Assembly: GCA_025999215.1 (NCBI GenBank) | Contig: AP024679.1 | Coordinates: 101,645-165,644, forward strand | Origin: Candidatus Dojkabacteria bacterium | Lineage (GTDB): Bacteria; Patescibacteriota; Dojkabacteria; J137 | Length of the DNA: 64,000 nucleotides | Direction: 5' to 3' | Shown here: piece by piece, positions 51,801-59,701 of the stretch | Layout of the letters: every line of letters starts with the position of its first letter | How positions within the stretch are numbered: the first letter of the stretch is position 1 | The notes under the pieces: generated by a model | Seen by the model: the letters and a program-made list of their open reading frames with translations, nothing else | Databases searched by the model: none | Told to the model about the DNA's origin: nothing | Made by a program: the position numbers and the translations under genes

Positions 51801-53757
51801 CGGGTATTGCATAGTTATCTACTTGATAAACCACAGAACTAGTACCATACCCACCACTCACTAGTGATGAAAATGAATCTGGAATAGCATTCCAAGTATT
51901 TCCTCCGTCGTAACTATACTCTAGAGAACTAACAGTCAAACTTCCTGTTGCATTAGCTGTTATTTGAAAATTTCCTCCTGAGTTGTCTACACTCACATTT
52001 AAATCTATTTCCCCTGATCCTGATCCTGTAGATTCAGTGGGTTTTAATACAACAGCAGCAATCGCCCATGGTGTTGGATCTCCAGTGTATGTCCATGATA
52101 ATGTATCAGATGTTGAAGTTGACTCTCTGTAACCACCATTCGTAAAAGTATTTATATTTCCTTCTTCCCAAATCTCAGTCGTACCTGAATTAGGAGTGCT
52201 ATTTGAAATAAAACCCAAATAACCATTCCAAGCTCCAAACATGTAATAGCCATTTTTGCTCGTTAGCGTTATTGAAGGATTATTTGACCATAGCGCATTA
52301 TTATCTTGAGTATCTTCACACCCTGCTGCATATATTGGATTTGTTGTATCAACATTACCTAAAAATGTAAGAGCTGAAATAACCTCTGTTGCATCTGATG
52401 AAAATTGTATATCACCTCCATTACTTCCAACATTTGGATTTGCTAACCCCCATAAATCAATAGAGTAATCATCACTTTCACAGGAAGCTAATTGAGTGAA
52501 ATTAACACCTCCCCAACTAGCGCTTGTTACGGTTTGCCCAGCATCCATTCTATGAGCTACCGCCAAAATGGCGTATGTAGCATTATCATCAGGATCTAAC
52601 GGTTGACTGCTATTTATCGGATAACCTGCCGCTGCATATGGATATGCTTCTGTAAATACATTTAAAACTTGAATGTCTTCATAAGTTGGAGGATTTGGTA
52701 CATTGACCGTTTGAGTACCAAAACCTGCTGGCTGTGGATAATACAATCCATCGCTTCCTAAAGCTCTGTAATCCACAGTGTAATTTCCTGGTGCCCCCAA
52801 TGTTTGCTTATCCACCAATCCACTAGTAGCGCTGCTTGTCCCAAAACCTCCTCCACCTGAATCATCTAAACTTACCCAACTTCCCCCATTAACTCTATAT
52901 TCCAAAGCACTCACTGTTGCTGTGCCTGACGTCCTAGTCGCAGTTATCTGAAACGAATCAGTATTATCTATCAAACTTACATTAAAATCATTAGAAACCA
53001 CTGCCTGAGGAACTATAGAAATTGCAGCAATCGCCCATGGTGTTGGATCTCCAGTGTATGTCCATGATACAGTTTCAGATGCTGAAGTTGACTCTCTGTA
53101 ACCACCATTCGTAAAGGTATTTACATTTCCTTCTTCCCAAATCTCAGTCGTACCTGCATTTGGCGTACTATTACCTGCAAATACAAAACCTAAGTAACCA
53201 TTCCAAGCTCCAAAAACTAAATCATCAGGATTAGATGCGATTGTAACACTTGCAGTATTGCTCCAAACTCCTTGAGAACTTGCACACGCTGAGCTTCTAA
53301 CAGGATTGGTTGTATCTACACCAGAAAACGAAGTGACATTTATAACGATGTCATTTGTAGCTCCACTCCAAACAACATTGACAGGCACACTTCCTGTTGA
53401 AGGATTAGCTACGTACCAAAGCTCCACTGCATAATCAGCATCACTTTCTCTACATCCAAAACTAGCCTCTTGAGCATTTACGTCAACATACGTTACAACC
53501 TCAGCTGAAGGTGATTGTCTATAAACAACAGTCACCACTGCAAAATTTGCGTCAGCATCAATGTTAAAATTTTCTATCACTTCATCAACTCCATTATAAG
53601 CCGTGTTTGACTGAGTAGATTCAAAGGTAACTGAAGTTGCTGCTACAATTAGCTCTTGTGTAAGTAAATAAGCGATTGATGATGCAATGGATAATATAAA
53701 TAATCCTGAGATTACAAATAAAAGTAGCTTTTTGGATGCCATGGCAAACTTGTTCAT
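45841..53757 (-). CDS. giant surface/extracellular protein (2638 aa)
   Basis: N-terminal signal anchor. There is an internal duplicated module of roughly 330 aa (about 52.0-52.33 kb and 52.96-53.29 kb). Two carboxypeptidase-regulatory-like beta-sandwich segments are interleaved with several C-terminal TM helices. Confidence 0.6.
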   Translation of the reverse strand: MNKFAMASKKLLLFVISGLFILSIASSIAYLLTQELIVAATSVTFESTQSNTAYNGVDEVIENFNIDADANFAVVTVVYRQSPSAEVVTYVDVNAQEASFGCRESDADYAVELWYVANPSTGSVPVNVVWSGATNDIVINVTSFSGVDTTNPVRSSACASSQGVWSNTASVTIASNPDDLVFGAWNGYLGFVFAGNSTPNAGTTEIWEEGNVNTFTNGGYRESTSASETVSWTYTGDPTPWAIAAISIVPQAVVSNDFNVSLIDNTDSFQITATRTSGTATVSALEYRVNGGSWVSLDDSGGGGFGTSSATSGLVDKQTLGAPGNYTVDYRALGSDGLYYPQPAGFGTQTVNVPNPPTYEDIQVLNVFTEAYPYAAAGYPINSSQPLDPDDNATYAILAVAHRMDAGQTVTSASWGGVNFTQLASCESDDYSIDLWGLANPNVGSNGGDIQFSSDATEVISALTFLGNVDTTNPIYAAGCEDTQDNNALWSNNPSITLTSKNGYYMFGAWNGYLGFISNSTPNSGTTEIWEEGNINTFTNGGYRESTSTSDTLSWTYTGDPTPWAIAAVVLKPTESTGSGSGEIDLNVSVDNSGGNFQITANATGSLTVSSLEYSYDGGNTWNAIPDSFSSLVSGGYGTSSVVYQVDNYAIPDAGLDEFDNPQYYPVSVRAIDNNDNVWPASGYVEVLDIDGLGNGIEFVLYKNENGSVDDGLGFSVRHLAGVNISSVEYRIDSGSWVNYESSQVGSTEVEGGLFFVDLPTGNHTFQVRATDENGVLWPLQNLYSFAQISFDEGLYEGPRVLSDLDFNSSVGEFAINSGEFISTNVTDDQVLPSEQGVYKWVDVVGSTGGRVRISDSTFTNDGSAGALTFDGFGDDSSIETITTETKVYVPENFNFTNNLYLTFEFTWHDNFVSNFEAQEQNGNKLYLDIDGVLYEIFDFYANGSGQTGVTQQINIDLDQALASAGYTESDYLLSSSDPYLLFRIESSFAREAQDKNGTEGFTIDNFRIYHSFDGTISEDSLPKLSMDANLFRSAKRADIYSGIVNERLFVVGSDEISGTALDEDSSISSIRLELYGQDDLLLNTILATPVDGAFDSSTEIYEIVLDDTNLVENGPSESVSKYALAKIIVEDAVGNTNFYEFTQGFSYLSSDSLNLLVGSSDRRTVGINEVYDVRFVVEKEVTNQDPLVSFVASTDLQFDFCSFSVDFGYNFEPANVIDSADGDTCEVDFSILDFDKYAGEIILRFTLAPESFDQPTISGVFTILTLNGQQAIYDTTAGAPINSNQFEPTFILNNLGVQPINQNQVTYTGTAYGNEDYGFTVANVQYAIWTGFYEVNWTDAIPSDGSFNEYEEDFYFQTPPLIDGEKIVFIRVFGSNGVEFYSGILGDVGAPADRVNIDAVDTSTPIIELQPVLPNPTADSSPIISGSVGDDESELTSNIALIEYSTNGVDFTPITPADGLYDEKEEQFKFKLEDLAPGDYQVWVRARDASGNVTAGDQIKSVSFTVIERQEVDAVKVSKQSDFNSYIDYDSVLSENVIWGRGQLRLKEDVSVASKNLLVPTNNGRWGNRYKRDAGSQLGFEYSSCGNGLFLNQAGPNFAYYDLNTNTEYQFDLTDVGLASSDFTQGMASFQTPSGDCHLWLGTLYNRVVAINFGTSIADGIDEYTVYDFTADTQLKEVDAITIDDRNPANYGVMLQYPRWDGSGGTKYINPGASISSQADDTVVDYFATAEYNFNDTQTLTLSTSPKSYGWWFADYSAGIVRYNDNGTPLNKTDDTFTFYDRNTDVRFGGNFGIAFNKDDQVIFAGNHGVSMIYDYNGTFDASDDLITTIASAAEMKQTELSAITYYPGDDIIGEQIWVTGRGGEIVYISTNNTPTEKRDDVIDIIDYASRVYPAQIGTFVQRDVDSFTIFTFDGIHDVTMNIEFEPQGTAVTKIYSDLEGNYLDVDYIELVSTNFKYNPELTSFRVSNDGGFTWQPIELGQKVNFVNPGYRFALAIDMFRGSTPVLTEFQLEYSAYPSEDQRGLVLDVDEEPDVVPSGTPFSFEVDALDDLLNPLEDDQIIYLELRNVETDEVAEDFNIESILVPSGSGSVDIPNAVSSVLGTYYIYATNGTAYATSDPILFVGPSEEVNPPGSSVTSQPTLVFTASDYEIYEGETTILSWQTSNLNEVILSSDNNIDNLSLGSVNLNDTLEVKLTKTTTFTLRGTGAYGDLESKLTIVVLPKGQTVDEVCELPEIKFFNVEVVEEMQDNAKVKIVWEVENVENVTISGLGDDIKRLAPKGEFETYVTKDAEVKIIANNRCGEAVGTQSVNVRLGLEVNPSSFGPLAVAALVAMFGTLSMTPLSGTYLLDSIQKFGVLFGIVLRKKKKYWGFIYDLKNNKGIPFAIVNVYAGDTLIKHEVTDLDGKYGVLLDNSGEYRIEVKASGYKVFDKNIRVSNVGDTVEIVEDIGLIREDSKFSLLALRNYYKPSIIRALIWLMAISMAVGFVYTVIITTQYPNAVNYLLLAIYGILFTLNIIHLASLYARTAGKVLEVDGNKELPGVSVRFYRENKQVGVYLTNSKGEIKVKLQPGKYWYIANKNGYIMADSVENQIPVIEIDERGFLTKDILMKKNLAEVGSLADIVEVKTLQNPFGAKE

Positions 53758-53824
53758 AACTAGATCAGTATAAAAAAAGATTTTTTAGTTTGCAAGAAAA
53801 AAATAGCTAAATTGTACAAAGTGT

Positions 53825-54793
53825 CTAATATGAACTTGCTGAAGAGTCTACTTTAACACCTTTCGATTCAAGCCATCTTTGAGCTCTTAAGGCTGCCATA
53901 CAACCAAAACCTGAAGCGGTAATAGCTTGTCTATATTCTTCATCTTCAACATCACCACACACAAACACACCATCTACATTAGTTTCAACATGATTATTAG
54001 CAACAATATAACCTCGCTCATTGAGCGTTATAGCATTTTTTAAAAATCCTGTTACTGGAACATGCCCAATTGCCAAAAACAAGCCATCAATCTCCAAAAC
54101 AAATTCTTTGTTTTGTTGTTTATTAAAAACTTTGATAGATTTAACAACTTGATCACCTAAAACCTCTTTTACCTCTGTATTTAAAATTATTTCAATTTTA
54201 GGGTTATTTTTTACTCTATCTTGCATAATTGGACTTGCTCGAAACGTATCCCTCCTGTGAATTAAATAAACTTTTGTTGCAAATCTTGTTAAAAAATTTG
54301 CTTCCTCCATCGCAGAATCACCTCCGCCAACTACTGCGACTATTTTATCTTTAAAAAAAGCTCCATCGCATGTAGCACATGTAGAAACTCCTCGACCATA
54401 AAACTCATCTTCTCCAGGAATTTCAAGTTTTCTAGGAGTTGCTCCAGTAGCGATAATTACGCTCTTCGCCCAAAAATCTTTACTTGAGGTTCGTAAAAGT
54501 TTTACATCCTTAGAAAAATCTACATACACCACATCATCAAATTCAAAACTTGTTCCAAACTTCTTTGATTGTTCAAACATTTTATTCATCAGATCAGGTC
54601 CCTTCACGCCTTCAGGAAAACCTGGAAAATTTTCTACTTCAGTCGTATTCATTAGCTGGCCTCCCCAATTTACACCCGCAATCACTAAAGGATTAATCTT
54701 AGCTCTACTAGCATAAATACTAGCAGTTAAGCCTGCCGGACCAGAACCAATTATTATTAAGTTTTCAATTTTTTTATTGTGTATTTTCATCAA
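53825..54793 (-). CDS. trxB: thioredoxin-disulfide reductase
   Basis: 322 aa. FAD-binding site GSGPAGLTASIYA, redox CATCDG, and NADPH-binding site VVGGGDSAMEEA. Confidence 0.9.
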   Translation of the reverse strand: MMKIHNKKIENLIIIGSGPAGLTASIYASRAKINPLVIAGVNWGGQLMNTTEVENFPGFPEGVKGPDLMNKMFEQSKKFGTSFEFDDVVYVDFSKDVKLLRTSSKDFWAKSVIIATGATPRKLEIPGEDEFYGRGVSTCATCDGAFFKDKIVAVVGGGDSAMEEANFLTRFATKVYLIHRRDTFRASPIMQDRVKNNPKIEIILNTEVKEVLGDQVVKSIKVFNKQQNKEFVLEIDGLFLAIGHVPVTGFLKNAITLNERGYIVANNHVETNVDGVFVCGDVEDEEYRQAITASGFGCMAALRAQRWLESKGVKVDSSASSY

Positions 54794-55124
54794 TTACACT
54801 ATTTAACCAATCAACAAACGCATCTTTGTTTAGCATTGCTCCCAATTTTCTCGTAACTTCTACACCATCTTTCAACAAAACTATGGTCGGTATGCTCATC
54901 ACGCTAAACTCTGTCGCGATACTTGGATTCTCATCAACATTTACTTTTGCGAATTTCAGTTTTCCTGCCATCTCTTGGGCAACGCTCTCGAACACTGGCG
55001 CAAACGCAATACATGGCCCGCACCAATCTGCCCAAAAATCAATAACTACGAACCCCTCTTCTGTCTCACTTTTAAAGTTACTCTCTGTTAGAGTAGTATA
55101 AGTTTGATCTTGCGTTTGTATCAT
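54774..55124 (-). CDS. trxA: thioredoxin
   Basis: 116 aa with the WADWCGPC active site. Its 3' end overlaps trxB by 20 nt. Confidence 0.85.
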   Translation of the reverse strand: MIQTQDQTYTTLTESNFKSETEEGFVVIDFWADWCGPCIAFAPVFESVAQEMAGKLKFAKVNVDENPSIATEFSVMSIPTIVLLKDGVEVTRKLGAMLNKDAFVDWLNSVIDENTQ

Positions 55125-55148
55125 ATAATTGAAATAAAAAATAAAAAA

Positions 55149-55421
55149 TTACTTAATACTAAAAAAAGTTTTGATTAAGTTTTCAACCTCTTTAAGTTTA
55201 TCACCATTGTTCTTTTTTTTAAAACATTCCGATGCTTCGTTGCTTAAAATAGAAATAGCCAAACTTGATAATCCAGATCTTATAGATTTAATCTGATTTA
55301 CAATCTCAACAGGATCACGCTCATCCTCAAGCATATTAAGAACGCCATCTAACTGCCCTCTCAACCGATTAACTATTTTTACGTATTCATCACAATTTTT
55401 TGAATTTGTCTTAACTTTCAT
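55149..55421 (-). CDS. CsoR/RcnR/FrmR-family (DUF156) transcriptional repressor lacking canonical metal ligands
   Basis: 90 aa. It aligns without gaps to CsoR (RLRGQLDGVLNMLED...IVNQIKSIRSGL...ECF). The Cys36 equivalent is Pro, the His61 equivalent is Ser, and the Cys65 equivalent is retained. Confidence 0.6.
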   Translation of the reverse strand: MKVKTNSKNCDEYVKIVNRLRGQLDGVLNMLEDERDPVEIVNQIKSIRSGLSSLAISILSNEASECFKKKNNGDKLKEVENLIKTFFSIK

Positions 55422-55497
55422 GCTTTAATATACCATGCGGGGGTAGGGTAGTCAAGGGAAAACTTTCTTAAAACATAATTTTAAAACTTTAAGAATT

Positions 55498-56037
55498 TTA
55501 AATTTCTACTGATACTTCGGCAAAGTTAAACTCTGACTCAAGGTCTGTGTTAACTTTAGAAGCAAAATTTCCTTCGGACAATAGCTTAATCTTTACCTTT
55601 TGATTAGGATCTTTTTTAGTTACCATTAATCTACCTAACTCTATTTGCTCAGTATTGATTGAAAGTTCAGATGCTTGGGTTACACCATACACAAAGCTAG
55701 CTCCAGTTTCGACTGGAAAATACAAGTCAAATGAATCTGACGGCACCCATTCTAAATTTTCTACCGAATCACTATCTACGAAAAAATACATTTCAGCTCC
55801 AATAACACTCAAATCATTATTAACCAAATTAACCACTACTTCGTACAAAGTGTCATTAATCATTTTGGTATCAAACGATAGACTTGCCTCTCCAGCACTC
55901 AAATCAGAGTTATCAATAATTTTTGAATTATCACCGTTCAAATCTAGTAAACCTAGCAACACTGCAACTGAAAATGCTGTCAAAACTGTTGCAAAGAAAA
56001 TCTTAAAAATGTTTGTATTTTTTTTCATATTATTCAT
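55498..56037 (-). CDS. hypothetical secreted protein
   Basis: 179 aa with an N-terminal signal peptide (IFKIFFATVLTAFSVAVLLGLL). Confidence 0.45.
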   Translation of the reverse strand: MNNMKKNTNIFKIFFATVLTAFSVAVLLGLLDLNGDNSKIIDNSDLSAGEASLSFDTKMINDTLYEVVVNLVNNDLSVIGAEMYFFVDSDSVENLEWVPSDSFDLYFPVETGASFVYGVTQASELSINTEQIELGRLMVTKKDPNQKVKIKLLSEGNFASKVNTDLESEFNFAEVSVEI

Positions 56038-57472
56038 TAATAACTTCTAAATCAAATAAGTAACTACAACTCTCAGATTCTTTGTTGTAGTTTTGAGCAA
56101 ACCTAGATAAACTCAAAAGCTTGCCAGAATCCTCCAAAACTCCACCGTAAATCTTTGCATATCTTGCCAAATCTTTTAAGTTTACCGAACCATCTGAATC
56201 TAAATCACCATAACAAATATTACTTTTTATAAACTTATCGGCGTAGTTTTTGGCAGGTGTTGGTAAATTATTGGTATCACCACTAAGTACATACTCCCTA
56301 ACTTCCTCAATTGCTTGATTTGGATCAAAACTAAGTTCTGACTCTTCGTTTTTGAGTAAATCATTATAAGTAGATACTATAAACAAAACTTCGTCTATTT
56401 CACTCAAATCTGAGCTCACACCAAGCACGGAAGCAGTAATATTATTTGGACTGTTTAAATTGCTTGTACCAAATTTGAAGGTGCTTTTACATACTTCATT
56501 TTCATTTTCTATACCTATATTTATTATTTTTCCTACATAAGCTAATTCTACAATCTCAATTTCGTAATAAACCCTCAAATTTAGAGCTATCTCTGATTCA
56601 GAATCATTTATATTACAATGATTTTCAATTAAACTTTTTATAAAATTCTGATTCTCCCACAAAAAGTGGTAATTCACTGAAACGATTGATGCATTATAAC
56701 TACCCCTAATATCATACTTTATAGAGTTAATAATTTGACTTAAAAATCCATCTGAATTAAGAAGATCAATATTACCCGAATATACTATAGGTACGGTCAC
56801 ACTGCCACGCATTTCTCGCTTGAATGTTTGATTTGCTATAACTCTCAGTTCAAAATTGCTATCATTTCGAAAAACAACAGCATAAGTTTTGAGGTTATTA
56901 AGTTCGGTAGCGCCTTTAATCAAAACTTCATTTAAGCTCAAATTTGTGTTCTCAAGGATTATCACTTCATCCTCATTCATTGATTGTTCTGAAATTGAAG
57001 ATCTTTCATCCTGGGTTGATGACAGACAAGATGGGTCATTACCACACATTGAACGAGGAGAGTCACAACAACCCACACTTTTTGAACACGCAACAGTTCC
57101 ACAAGCTAAGGTATTGTAACCTTTACTATCAGCATATTCATTAAAAAGACTCTCACAATAAGTAGTACAGCTACCAATCCCTTGTGGTAAACACTTGTTA
57201 CCAATCTCCTCTCCTGTAATGTGCCTTCCACATTGACAACATATTGCAGTTCCTTCACATATATCAATAACCGTTTCATTTGGTACACATGTTCCGCCCG
57301 GACCTACTAACGCTGGCCCCGCGCTCGCACTACTATCTGAAGTAGCTAGATTGCCTTCATTAACATAGTAACCTAATGACAATATGAAAAGTAACGCTGA
57401 AAAAACCAAATAGATATTAGCAAAAACTTCTAAATTTAATCTAGTTATTATATTCAAATAATTTTTTCTCAT
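56030..57472 (-). CDS. cysteine-rich secreted protein with C-terminal dockerin-like Ca-binding segment
   Basis: The start is at the internal Met (MRKNYLNI...) just before the TM/signal anchor. The Cys-rich block is CVPNETVIDICEGTAICCQCGRH...CGNDPSC. The C-terminal segment YGDLDSDGSVNLKDLARYAKIY matches a dockerin repeat. Confidence 0.5.
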   Translation of the reverse strand: MRKNYLNIITRLNLEVFANIYLVFSALLFILSLGYYVNEGNLATSDSSASAGPALVGPGGTCVPNETVIDICEGTAICCQCGRHITGEEIGNKCLPQGIGSCTTYCESLFNEYADSKGYNTLACGTVACSKSVGCCDSPRSMCGNDPSCLSSTQDERSSISEQSMNEDEVIILENTNLSLNEVLIKGATELNNLKTYAVVFRNDSNFELRVIANQTFKREMRGSVTVPIVYSGNIDLLNSDGFLSQIINSIKYDIRGSYNASIVSVNYHFLWENQNFIKSLIENHCNINDSESEIALNLRVYYEIEIVELAYVGKIINIGIENENEVCKSTFKFGTSNLNSPNNITASVLGVSSDLSEIDEVLFIVSTYNDLLKNEESELSFDPNQAIEEVREYVLSGDTNNLPTPAKNYADKFIKSNICYGDLDSDGSVNLKDLARYAKIYGGVLEDSGKLLSLSRFAQNYNKESESCSYLFDLEVINE

Positions 57473-57518
57473 ATTTGAACAACACAAATAACACTTTTTT
57501 AATAATGTATAGATTGAT

Positions 57519-58649
57519 TTAAGTACTATTAATTTTCTTAAATACTTTTTTATATTCCTCAACTAAATTGCTCCAAGTAAATTTTTGTTCAACATATTTT
57601 CTACTGTTTTTACTTAACATATCAAGTTTTACAGGATCTTGTACTAAATCGTTGATCACTTTTGCAAAATTTTCTGGATTTGTGATATCAGCGCGATAAC
57701 CATTGATACCATCCCTTACCACATCTTTCATCCCTTCCATGTCGCTAACTACCACGGGAGTTTCATTTGCATTTGCTTCAAGAATCACAACGCCGAAACC
57801 TTCCATATCATTATTTACCGGAATATTTGGCATAACAAACAAATCACTAGCCCTGAGAGCTAGCTCAACTACTTCGTCACTTTGTCTACCCAAAATATAA
57901 ATTCTATCTTTGTGAATACTATTTTCTTTAAAATCTAAAATTTTTTGATGTTCCTTACCGTCACCAATTGCAACATAAACAATATTTTTATCTAGTTTTG
58001 GAAAAATATTTTTTAAAAAATTAAGATGACCTTTTCTTTTAACTTGCCTACCAACAGTTAGCAAAATTTTTGTATCCTTATTCAATTTTATGTCAAACAG
58101 TTCCGCAAATACTTCTTTTGCCTTTTGCTTTGAATACTTTAATTTAAATCTTGACAAATCAACACCGTTAGAGATGACAAACGCTTTGTTTGGATTTAAA
58201 CCTCTCTTTATTGATGCATAACTTGTTGCCTTAGATACTGAAACTACACCATCTAAATACTTAAAGGATAATGGCAACCAAAAATATTGATACCAAGGAG
58301 ATGGCATAGTTACATCGTGACCGTGGTTAATGGTTAACATTGGAGTTTTTCTAATAAAAACTTTTGCTAATGGTGTCATTGATGAGGTAACCATAGATAA
58401 ATGTAAAATTATATCCGGCCTGTAAATAAAATTAAGTATCGGTAAAAGAAAGAGTGTTTTTATCCAAAAAAGAGTGGTGGGAGGACCCATTCGTTTATAT
58501 TTCGCATTCATAAGCATGGGAATTACTTTAATTTCTTTATCTTCTTGCAACGCTTTTAACAGCTCAACGCTGACTCTTTGCATACCTCCTATGTTTTGAA
58601 GGGGAAAATTTTTAGGAAGATGTTGGTGAGAGATATACAATATTTTCAT
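57519..58649 (-). CDS. glycosyltransferase family 4 (GT-B, group 1)
   Basis: 376 aa. The EX7E region is EGFGVVILEANANETPVVVSDMEGM. Confidence 0.75.
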   Translation of the reverse strand: MKILYISHQHLPKNFPLQNIGGMQRVSVELLKALQEDKEIKVIPMLMNAKYKRMGPPTTLFWIKTLFLLPILNFIYRPDIILHLSMVTSSMTPLAKVFIRKTPMLTINHGHDVTMPSPWYQYFWLPLSFKYLDGVVSVSKATSYASIKRGLNPNKAFVISNGVDLSRFKLKYSKQKAKEVFAELFDIKLNKDTKILLTVGRQVKRKGHLNFLKNIFPKLDKNIVYVAIGDGKEHQKILDFKENSIHKDRIYILGRQSDEVVELALRASDLFVMPNIPVNNDMEGFGVVILEANANETPVVVSDMEGMKDVVRDGINGYRADITNPENFAKVINDLVQDPVKLDMLSKNSRKYVEQKFTWSNLVEEYKKVFKKINST

Positions 58650-59698
58650 TCTAAAATCGCCTTAGAAATAATTATTCGTCTTTGCTTAAAATTTTTATAA
58701 ACTATATCTATCAGATAAGCTTTCTTATCTCTCAAAAGGCGAGGTTCTAAATCCCAAATCACGCTTGGCCATTCAATAGCCACAAAACTATCCCAAATAT
58801 TTTGTGAAAATAATGTAGCTAAATCAAACTTAGACTCAATTCTCCACGCATCAACATGAATTAGTTTTTTGTCATTAAATTCGTATTCATTTACATAGCT
58901 ATAACTTGGTGATACAACAGTTTCATTTATTCCTAAACCTTCTGCTATTCCTTTTACAAAATGAGTTTTACCTGCACCAAGTGACCCATTTAACAAAAAT
59001 AGTTTAGAATCAGAGTTTTTTTGAATAAATTCTTTGGCAATTTGAATGGTTTCGCTTGGGGAATTTGAAATTTTATCTAGAATTTTTTGTTGGTTTTTGA
59101 AAATGCTTATAGATCCCTGTCTAAAAACATTAGCTTTATTACCGCTTACATCAACAACAGTGGATGTCGGATTTTTGGGTAGGGTTCCTCCGTCTATTAT
59201 CAAATCAATTAGTTTTTTTTTGCTTGGCGATAAATTTTCAAGAATATCTGAAATAGAGTAGGGTGTTTTGGCATTAGCAGTATTGGCTGATGTTGCAGTG
59301 ATTGGTTTTCCAAAGCTTTTAATAATTTCTAGAATTAATGGGTAATCGGGTATTCTTATACCCAGCGTTCCTTTTTCCGACTCAAGCCTTGAGTCAACTC
59401 TTTTCTTTGATTTGCAAACTAGAGTAATAGGTCCCGGCAAAAATTGATCAAAAAAATAAGATGAGTCACCAATATCAACATATTTACTCGCCATTGTGGT
59501 ATTTGAAACCGCAATAGAGATGGCTTTACCTTGAGGTCTCTTTTTAAAGTTTAAAACTTTAGTCACCGCCTCGCTGTTAGTTGCATCAACTCCTATCCCA
59601 TATGCTGTCTCAGTTGGATATATTAAAGTTCCACCGTTTTTCAAAACTTCAATTGATTTTGTAATTACATCTTTATCATTTGATTTTATGATTTCCAT
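58646..59698 (-). CDS. fusion: threonylcarbamoyl-AMP synthase TsaC/YrdC domain + tRNA t6A protein TsaE (YjeE P-loop)
   Basis: The N-terminus reads GGTLIYPTETAYGIGVDATNSEAV...SANTANAKTP, which is YrdC-like. The C-terminus reads LNGSLGAGKTHFVKGIAEGLGI...VVSPSYSYVNEY...IEW, which is TsaE-like. There is an ATGA overlap with the upstream GT4 gene. Confidence 0.7.
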   Translation of the reverse strand: MEIIKSNDKDVITKSIEVLKNGGTLIYPTETAYGIGVDATNSEAVTKVLNFKKRPQGKAISIAVSNTTMASKYVDIGDSSYFFDQFLPGPITLVCKSKKRVDSRLESEKGTLGIRIPDYPLILEIIKSFGKPITATSANTANAKTPYSISDILENLSPSKKKLIDLIIDGGTLPKNPTSTVVDVSGNKANVFRQGSISIFKNQQKILDKISNSPSETIQIAKEFIQKNSDSKLFLLNGSLGAGKTHFVKGIAEGLGINETVVSPSYSYVNEYEFNDKKLIHVDAWRIESKFDLATLFSQNIWDSFVAIEWPSVIWDLEPRLLRDKKAYLIDIVYKNFKQRRIIISKAILE

Positions 59699-59701
59699 GA
59701 A

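Noticed and set aside
55422-55497. G-rich segment (gcgggggtagggtagtcaaggg) and other intergenic stretches considered as tRNA or small RNA genes
   Set aside because: No cloverleaf-compatible stems or T-loop (GGTTCGAAT-like) were found. All intergenic regions that were scanned lack tRNA-like features. This includes 5680-6050, 13624-13790, 16099-16430, 19529-19911, 30905-31682, 43238-43403, 45718-45840 and 62642-62751.
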